NCBI RefSeq assembly: GCF_009914755.1
Contig: NC_060929.1
Source of the DNA: the human T2T-CHM13v2.0 reference genome, Homo sapiens
Direction: 5' to 3' (one strand)
DNA length: 64,000 bases
Shown: piece after piece, positions 54,652-64,000 of the stretch
Position numbering within the stretch: the first letter of the stretch is position 1
Layout: each line of letters begins with the position of its first letter
The notes under the pieces: generated by a model
The model's input: only the letters and a program-made list of their open reading frames with translations
What the model was told of the DNA's origin: nothing
Databases searched by the model: none
Made by a program: the position numbers and the translations under genes

Positions 54652-57600
54652 CTGACTTTTGTTATTATGGAACTTCTAAGACTTTTAAAATTATTATGTC
54701 CTTGAGTTGCAGTTTTGTATTTTTTTTTTTTTAATTTCAGAAAGAGAATTTAAATGTTATAATTCTGTCATTTAATGTCCCAACCAAGAAGCCTCTGAAA
54801 TATAGGGACAAAGCTAATTGAATGACCGAACTAAAATTTTGACTCTGAGCTTCCTGGTGGCAAAGTGAAGAGGGGAGTAAGTCAGTTAGCTTTCTTATTG
54901 AAAAGAAAAACACTTATTGGTTCCTCATGGAAAGCAAAGCTTTATTAGTTCTTCCCTCTAAAAAAAAGGGCTTATGTTTGGGGGGTTGTTACCTAAGAGC
55001 AGTGGTTTTTCATTATATTGTAATTTTGTTTGGTGTTAAAGCAAATATTGAGGCATATAGAAATAGTGTTGGTAGAAAATTTTGGAAAAAGATAAGCAAA
55101 AAGAAAAATTACATTCCTAGCACCAAGAGGTAACTGCTATTAGAATTTTGATGTATATCCTTCCAGAAGTTTTCTCGTGTCCGTGTTTATGTATAAAAAC
55201 ATGTTTATCTTCATACATGAAGGGTAGACAAACCAAGTATGGCAAGATAAGTTAGGCAAGGTGCACAGCACCATGTTGGGGAGTATTATAAACACTCAAC
55301 AAGTCTTAATAGACATTTGTAGTTACTGGGCATTCACTACATGCCTGCTACTATAAGGAACACTTTTATCAGCTGTTACTCAGTGTTTGCAGCAGCCTTC
55401 TGAGGTGGGTGTTATCACCATTTTACTACCTCAGGGAGTTTAAGTAACTCAGTGTTACTCATCAAGTGACTGTATTCAGATCTAGGTTTGTTTAAAGGCC
55501 CATGTGCCTTTGCTTGTAATGGGCTACTCTGTTTCTGCAAGTATTGCCATTCCCGCTTCACAGATGAATAAACCATGGCCATGAGAAGTCAACTGTTGGC
55601 CCATATTAGTGAGTGATGTTGAGCAGGTGCAGTAGTGTGCACAGTAGTGTTTGCAGTAGCGTTTCTCACCTTCCCTGATGAAGGGTCTTTTCAGTTGCAA
55701 ACCAACTTGCCACCTCAGCGGCAGAAGTTGAGTGTTGTTCGTGTCACCGTGAGTAAATTTGATGCATTATTTCTTGTTTTTGCAACCACCTGTCATTCCT
55801 GTGGTCTCTGCCATGTTTATATATTCCCTCTAGAACTGGTACCAGATGCTGAGGGTTTGGGCTACATCTTAATATTTGATTGATTCCCTCTTCCATCCTT
55901 GTGGATTTTTTTCTCCTCTGGGTTTATGTAAATTAGTGATCCACACGACCTGTCACTTAAACAAGAGGAAACTTTGCATTTAACTGGTGGGACACTTGTA
56001 GCAACAGGAGAACACACATCCATGAGCAAGGAGTCCCAGTGTGTGTGAGTTTTTGCAGACTCTCAAGGTCTTGATGACACCATCTCTGTGCCTTGGCTTT
56101 GAAGTACTGGAGGAGTTCAAAGGTGGGTCCATCCTGGGGAAATGACATGTCTCAGACCCGGGGCCCCTTTGGTTTGAGTGCATTTTCTAGTTCTGCAGAG
56201 CTGGAAGGATGCCATTCAGAGTCACAGCTGGCCATTTATTATTTGGTCTGTCGAGGCATTTTCTGCAGTTGCTACTACACACATCAGCAAGTCAGGAGTG
56301 AGTGGGGAGGTCAGCTACGAGCTAGATTTTAGTTGGCAGGGAGAGTCTAGGATTTGCTGCACTTGTTCACACACACACTTACTCATCATGTGCCCAAACA
56401 GACTGCAGTATCCACATACCAATGACCCACTGTTGTGTTGGCTGGAATGACAAGTCAGACTGATAGGTAGTGAAGTTTGTAGTATCATCTCTTTTGCTGA
56501 GATCCTGGTATTTGGATGGCGTGAGATCCAGAGTAGGATGAGCCATGCCACATGGGAAGCTTGTGAAGTGTATGTGCCATGTTGTTCCCCACACCTTAAC
56601 CTGTGTGGGTGGGAGGCTGAGCAGCTGGAGTCCTGGGAGAGGGTCCTGTGTGGGGATGGGAGGCTGGTGCAGGGAGTCCTGACCAGAGGCAGGTGGATCC
56701 AAGGAAGGGGCTAAGCCCAGAGCAGGCTCCTAGGAGGTCTTGCAGGGGCGGGGGGTGTAGGGTCTGGGGGAGGGAAGACAGAGAGAATCTGGTTGGGGTG
56801 CGATGTGATGTGTGGGTTGGCTCAGTTGAGAGTGGCCAGGAATGGGGTAGAAATGTCCTTGAGCCCTTTCCTGTTTGAAAGATGTATTCTGCTCCCTAAG
56901 GGTTTTAGTTACACAAAGGACCATGAAATGTCTTCCTGCTTTGGAAGGAAAAAAGCCCATAGACAGATGTAAAAGGTAATTCCTCTCTTCAGGAAGAGAG
57001 TAGAGGTTGAACAGAGTGTGTTGCGGACTCAGAGATACCCAGATGTAGGTGAGGCGTTGCGTTCTTTTCTCTCTCTGACGCTGTGGTGCGGTGGAGATAA
57101 CACTGGCTTCATAACTTGGGCAGAATCAGATTTGAAGCTGGCTCCAGCAGTGGTTTATCTGAACCCACTTTGCTCATCCATTAAGTGGAGACAATGAATC
57201 CCCTTCTTGGGTCGTTAGGAAGATTAAACAAGATACAGCCTGTACGGTGTCTAGCACAGCACCTGGCACAAGGGAGGTGCTTAATAAGCCTTCCCCTTGC
57301 TTGAGGTGGAGGAGCTCCTAGCGAGAGCATGGAGACCTGTCACTGGTCTGTCATCCTTCTCAGCTCCAGTGCCGCCACCAAGCGAGCAACGTTCATCATT
57401 CCAGAGTGAGTGCTGTGAAGGGAGGATATGGATCCATCACACCCCGGGCGCAGTGGGAGGTTCAGAGGAGAAATATGAGATCTGCTTTCCGTTTGCAGTC
57501 AGTTTGGGCTCATGATGGATAAGTGTGTGTGTGTGTGAACAAGTGGAGCATAACTCAGACTGCACAGCAGCGGGTGAAGGAGGAGGGGGGCAAAGCTCCT

Positions 57601-59439
57601 GTTAACTGAGGCTGCTGGGAAAGGGTCGTATGGGGAGGGGGTGGCCTCAGTGCAGGCCTTGGGTAGAGCAGAGGTGAGTGCAGGACAGGGGACAGGTGGG
57701 GGGGCGTTGCTGCAGCTTGGAGCCAAGCCAAGGTGTGGCCGTCAGTGTCCTGGACGTGAAGATGGTCAGGGGCAGTAGGAGATGTCGCTGGAGGGAAGAG
57801 GGAGGGAGGGGTGTCTGGTTCTGAGTGGTTTCAGTTTGGACTGGCTGGTAGTGTGGCTGGGTGAGTAGGTAAGAGACGGATATACCTGGGTTCAGATCCT
57901 TTCCTGCCATTGCTAACAGGGAGACTTTAGCCAAATTACTTCACCTCCATGATTTTGCTTGTCTTTAAGATGTGCCTGATGGTAATGTGACTTAGGAGGG
58001 TTCAATGAGTTGCTGTGTGTAAATGCCTGGCACACTGTGGGCGTGCAGGAAACAGCAGCTCTTGTTACCTAGGTGCTAATACCATACGTGTGTGCTGTAT
58101 AACCTCCCTACCTTAGGAAGGGGTTTTCAGTGTCCCCTGGGCTCATCACATTGTCTAAAAGGGAGGGATATAGCGTTGTAAAGAAGATACTGTAGCCTTG
58201 AAAAGAGGATGGGATTTGGAGAAAATGAATATTTGACAATTATTTTTTATCACCCATTTGTAGAGCTAAGGCCATTTAACTTTCAGGAACACTAAACTGG
58301 AAACTATTCAGCCAATATTTATACAGATTTACTAACAGTTTACATGTTTGGGATGGTTAGTGATGCAGAGCCATAAGTTGTTGAATTTTAAGACATCCGG
58401 CAAGAGGCATAAGTCGTTCAATTTTAAGACCTCTAGCATCTCACTCTTTTACGACTTACAAGAAGCAGACCTGCTTGTGAAAACATGCCCACCTGACCAG
58501 CAGCGTCAGTGACAGAGTCACCGGGTACAACTTGCCCGCTGTCAGGGACCACTGGGGCACCATAGATCTACCAAGAACAAGTTGATAAATTTACATTTCC
58601 TGTTACCTTCCTGATAAGGTTACTGGAATACAGGTCAGGGAATGGTGCAGATGCAGCAAGGAATCTGTCCAGTCATCTCGGGATGTCCTTGAGGACCAAA
58701 GGAAATCTGGGCTGGCACAGGTTGATTTGTAGCTGGTCATCAACTGTACCCCCAAGGGGGATTACAGTCAGCTTCGAGAATAGCTGCTCTGCTGAAGTAT
58801 CACGGTTGAGTTCAGGTTGAGGGTGATCAGGCCTGTGATTGTTTATTGAACGTTTATGATGGGCTGTGTCTCCTCCAAAATGACGGCCAAAGTGCTTTGC
58901 TCAACACATAGGAGGCCCTCTCACGCTCTGTTGGGTTGACCACAAATTGAACTCGTCTGGCTAGGACTGTACAAGGGAGAGGGATAAACCAGACCACTGT
59001 ACCTTGGACCTACTGTACGGGTAAAAACTGGTTCAAGGAGGTTAGAGAACTTGTCCAGGGTCAAACGGTCTGTATATGAGTTTGAAGCCCATGTTCCTTT
59101 CATCCCAGCTGTTTAAGTTTAGCCTAGTCTAGATGTGGCTTAACAGTAACACAGATGTAGAGGCTTAGGGTCTTAGGAGTTTGACCATCAACATGGGATT
59201 CACCTGGTTCTTTGTGGGAAAGATGTCACACTGCTGATGGGCAGAAGCCAGGGGACAGAGAAGCTTTAGCTTGGAGACCTGGAAACAACACATTCAGGGG
59301 AAGAGGGTTCATTTATTCAGCCAGTCACTCAACCCCTCTCCTGTGCCAGGCCTGACTGGAACACTGAGGGTACAGAGGTGAAGGTCCCACAGCCTGGTGT
59401 GCAGATGGTGACAATTCATGTGAGTGGTTTCATTAAAAA

Positions 59440-59820
59440 GCAAGACAGATCCCACCTCTCCCTTGCCTAGAACACTCCATTGGCTCTCACTCCACCTTCC
59501 TCAGATCTGATCTTCCCAGGCTGCTTTCTCAGCATTTAGGTCTTAATTTAGAAGCAGTCCTCTCTAACCTGAATGTTAATGTAGCCTCCCTTTGCCCCAT
59601 TGCTGGATCTCTTCCCACCGACTTTAATTTTATTCAGCGTGCTTATCATGGGAAGCTACTCCTGTTTGCTTCCTTTGTGGCTGTCTCCCCAGGTAAACTG
59701 CCAGATGTTCTAGCAATTTTGCCTGACATGTTCATTGCCGTACCCCACATCTCCAGCACCGTGCCTGGTAGTACTCAGCAGGTGTTCAATAAATAGCCAT
59801 TAAGTAAACGAATGCACGAG
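59440..59820. mobile_element. L2 fragment
   Basis: ccagcaccgtgcctggtagtactcagcaggtgttcaataaata L2 3' end. Confidence 0.6.
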
Positions 59821-59863
59821 AAAGGAGTTACCAATCTGGGCAGAATGACAAGCAGGCGGTTAG

Positions 59864-60820
<957 letters not shown>

Positions 60821-61494
60821 CAGGATGTGGTTTCTTGAGGATCCTTTCAGGGCTTTGGCCTCTCCCAGCTCCTATCCCACTACTATTAGGGTCACAGAGG
60901 AGGAGGTCAAGACTGGGATTTACCCATGAAGGCTCTTTGGATGAAATCAGCTGGATATTGGCTGGGTCACTTTGTTAAAGACCAGAACCTGGGGTGGGAA
61001 GCCTGTGCCTGTTTGGATGTCAGAGCCCACAGCCATGGGCCCCTGGCCCAGCTTCCTAACCAGTTTGGCCCTGTTTGCCTTGGAAGCACTTGGGCTGTGG
61101 GGTCAAATGGTCCCACGCGCTGATCTTGGCCTTGGCGCTTGCTGGCTGCATGAACATGAGTACATCTTGTCACCTGTCCCAGTTTCAGTCTCTCTATTCT
61201 GGGCAGAAGGATTTTCTCACCGACAAGGACTAAGTACCCTCCTGTAGGCTCAGGACTAGGGCAGAGCTTGTACACGATAGAGGAGATGCTCGATCGGGTT
61301 CTCTCTCCAAGTCCTGCTTCTCATGGATTTAAGGGGCTGTGGAGGGCCTGACTGCTGTGCTGAGTTAGGCCCGGGGCCTGCCAGTGGAGTTCTAAGGCCT
61401 TTAAAGAGTTTGAGTTGTGTTTTAGGAAGACCACCTGGGGCAGTGTGGAAATGTCATGATTGAGGGAGAGAGTTTCTTGAAGCAACTCCGTCTA

Positions 61495-61930
61495 GTGCAG
61501 AGCTTCTCAAGCTAGGGTGCATCTAAGTATCTGGAGGAGCTGTTAAAGCACGTGTTGCTAGATCCCACTCTGAGAGTTTTATTTTTGTTTGTTTGTTTTT
61601 TGAGACAGAGTCTTGCTCTTGTTGCTTAGGCAGGAGTGCAATCGTGCGATCTCGGTTCACTGCAACCTCAGCCTTCCTGGGTTCAAGCAATTCTCCTGCT
61701 TCAGCCTCCCCAGTAGCTGGGATTACAGGTGCCTGCCACCATGTCCGGCTAATTTTTATTTTTTCTTTTTGTATTTTTAGTAGAGATGGGGTTTCACCAT
61801 GTTGGCCAGGCTGGTCTCATACTCCTGGCCTCGTGATCTGCCCACCTCGGCCTCCCAAAGTGCTGGGATTACAGGTGTGAGCCCAGCCGAGAGTTTGATT
61901 TTCTAACATTCTCAGGGGTCGCTGTTGCTG
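61495..61930. mobile_element. MER5-like DNA transposon fragment with an Alu inserted at 61580-61887 (-)
   Basis: cagagcttctcaagc...ctggaggagctgttaaa...ttttctaacattctcaggg; Alu TSD gagagttt. Confidence 0.55.
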
Positions 61931-61949
61931 CTGCCGCTAATGTTGGTAA

Positions 61950-62190
61950 AGTGGTTAGTCAGATAGATACAGGGCCCTTGCCCAGGGTTTAAACCCTTGC
62001 TGGGTTTCAACTTTAGATCTTCTACTTGTAGCTAGCTATGTGGCCTTGGCCAGGTCCTCTAACCTGTGTGAGCCTTAGTTTCCTCATCTGTAAATTGGAA
62101 TGCTACCTACTTCCTAGGATGTTGTAAGAATCCCATGATTTAACGTGTATAATCCCTCAGCACAGTGCCTGTGGTCAGCATTTAATAGAG
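61950..62190. mobile_element. MIR
   Basis: gagccttagtttcctcatctgtaaa core. Confidence 0.75.
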
Positions 62191-63089
62191 GATCGTTTTA
62201 TTATTTTATTAATACCAGTGAGGAGGCTGTTGCTGAAGTCCAAGGGAGAGATGAAAGAGAGGCTGAACGAGGCTCGTGGCTGAGGGATGGAGGGCATCTG
62301 TTTTCTCAGTGGCTCAAAGCCTATGATCCTCCCTCATAGGAGAACACGTTGCTTCCTTCCACAGCGGGAACTTGCTGAAAACCTGTCGGCTGGTGCCTGT
62401 GTGTCCTCTAGAGGGCAGTGGAGTCAAGGCTGAGGATGGAGCATTGTGTGCCCTCGGTTGGGGCTGGTCTGTGCGTTCAGCCTTTATTCCCTGTTCTGAA
62501 ACCCAATTGTGTATTTGCATTGGACTGTCCCCTCCTCCTTGCTCTGTGTACTTGCTGACGCTTTTTGGAAAACACATCACAGGGCACCTCTGATTTCCTG
62601 CTTGTCTTGTAGCCTGGGATTAGCAGTAGCTGAAGCGTGCTGCTTTCTGGCAGTTGTGTTTATTTCTCAAGGGCACAGGCTGTACAGATCATGGGGGCCT
62701 GCTCCCTGCAGCTCAGCTGAGCCTAGGATGAACCACAGTTGCTCTTATGCCAGTTAAAAACTTGGGGCCTGTTCCATCTTGCATTTCCTCCCCCGCTTCC
62801 CAGTCCTCGCCCGCACCCTTTGATCCTGTGAGTGGAGAAATGAAGAGAACTCCAAATCCTTAATCCATTTTGAAGGCCGGCTGGCAGCAGGGCTTTCTGT
62901 GGGCCTGGTAAGCAGCCCTAGTTGAATCATTTTAGAGAAGGGCAGGTATTCTTTCAAGGTTATAGAAAGAAAGAAAAAAAAAAAAACCAGAAGCACATTT
63001 ATAATATTGGACAGTATACCTTGTCCCAAGCCCTGTACATTTGCTTTATTCCATAATAATAATAAAAGGTACTAGTGACAGCAGCGTCC

Positions 63090-63680
63090 GCTCACTGATT
63101 GTGTGGTAGGAGCCAGGTACTATGCTAAGTGATTTTCATGTGTTAACTCTTCTAAGCCCGGTAACTGCCCGTGAGATTATTAATCCTGCAGAAACTGAGG
63201 CTCAGGGAGGTCCCAGTAACACACATCGGGCCAAAGAATGGTGCTATTAGAAATTCAGACCAGTGTGTCTGACTCCAGTTTGCTAAAAACCTGCCTGCTG
63301 TCCAAGCTCCAGAATCACTGGGCATGGTCGATTCCATTTTTAGCCCAGCTCTTTCCAAAAGACATTAGGCATTAGACAGGAGAAGGCCATGGTTTTTACA
63401 AAGCAGTCTGTTTAGTATTCATGATCCTATAGCATAAGATTCAGTTAAGAGCAGGGATTCAGAGCCAGATTGCCTGGGTTCAAGTCCTGGCTCTGCCACT
63501 TACCATCTTTGCAACCTTGGGCAAATTCTTTGATGTCTGAGCCTTAGTTTTTTCATTTGTAAAATGGGGGATAATGGTAGCCACCTCATTGGTTTTCTCT
63601 GAGGGTTAAATGAGTTAATATATGTAAAGTGCTTAGATTAGTGCTGGGCACTAAGTAATACCTCAGTAGATGGTAGCTAT
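63090..63680. mobile_element. Two MIR fragments in opposite orientation
   Basis: gaaactgaggctcagggagg (about 63190) and gggttcaagtcctggctctgccactta...tgtaaaatgggg (about 63475-63570). Confidence 0.7.
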
Positions 63681-64000
63681 TGTCATCATCATCATTATTC
63701 TTAACCATTATGCTGTATTCACCCATATATTCTCAGTGCCTGACTTATATTAGGGGTTGGTGAATATTGAATAAAATGATCCTTTGGATTCAGATTTTTT
63801 TTTTTTTTTTTTGAGTTGGCGGGTGCCAGGAGCTAGCTTGATATAAAAATGAATCAATGTTAGACCCTTTCCTCAGGACTTCTCAGTCTGGTTGGAGAGG
63901 CCAGGCATGTGTGTGAATTACTGTAAAAGGCAGAAACATACCATGGAGGTCCTGATGTGGGTGAAAGCACTTTTGGACTGGGGTGCAGGCCATGGGCCAG

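Overview
Human (primate) genomic DNA, very rich in repeats: roughly 45 Alu copies, many old L1/L2/MIR fragments, several LTRs with target-site duplications (TSDs), and one full-span Hsmar2 mariner fossil. Two gene-derived loci are present. (1) A family-1 olfactory receptor pseudogene on the minus strand (6790-8045) with stops, a frameshift and an AluY insertion. (2) A complete six-exon copy of THOC3 (TEX1, the WD40 subunit of THO/TREX) on the plus strand (ATG 45983, stop 54234). It keeps its CpG-island promoter and all splice sites, but a 1-bp deletion in exon 1 (about 46135) gives a premature TAG at 46190-46192. From recall, this fits the duplicated THOC3 copy (LOC728554-type, next to OR1X5P) in the 5q35 low-copy repeats around the Sotos/NSD1 region; I could not confirm that by alignment. 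I found no support for a wholly new biological system. The best leads are the almost-intact THOC3 duplicate and its possible rescue routes, LTR-borne regulatory motifs, two parallel three-level transposon nests, and candidate downstream exons. Repeat subfamily names are from recall and repeat boundaries without a stated TSD are approximate.
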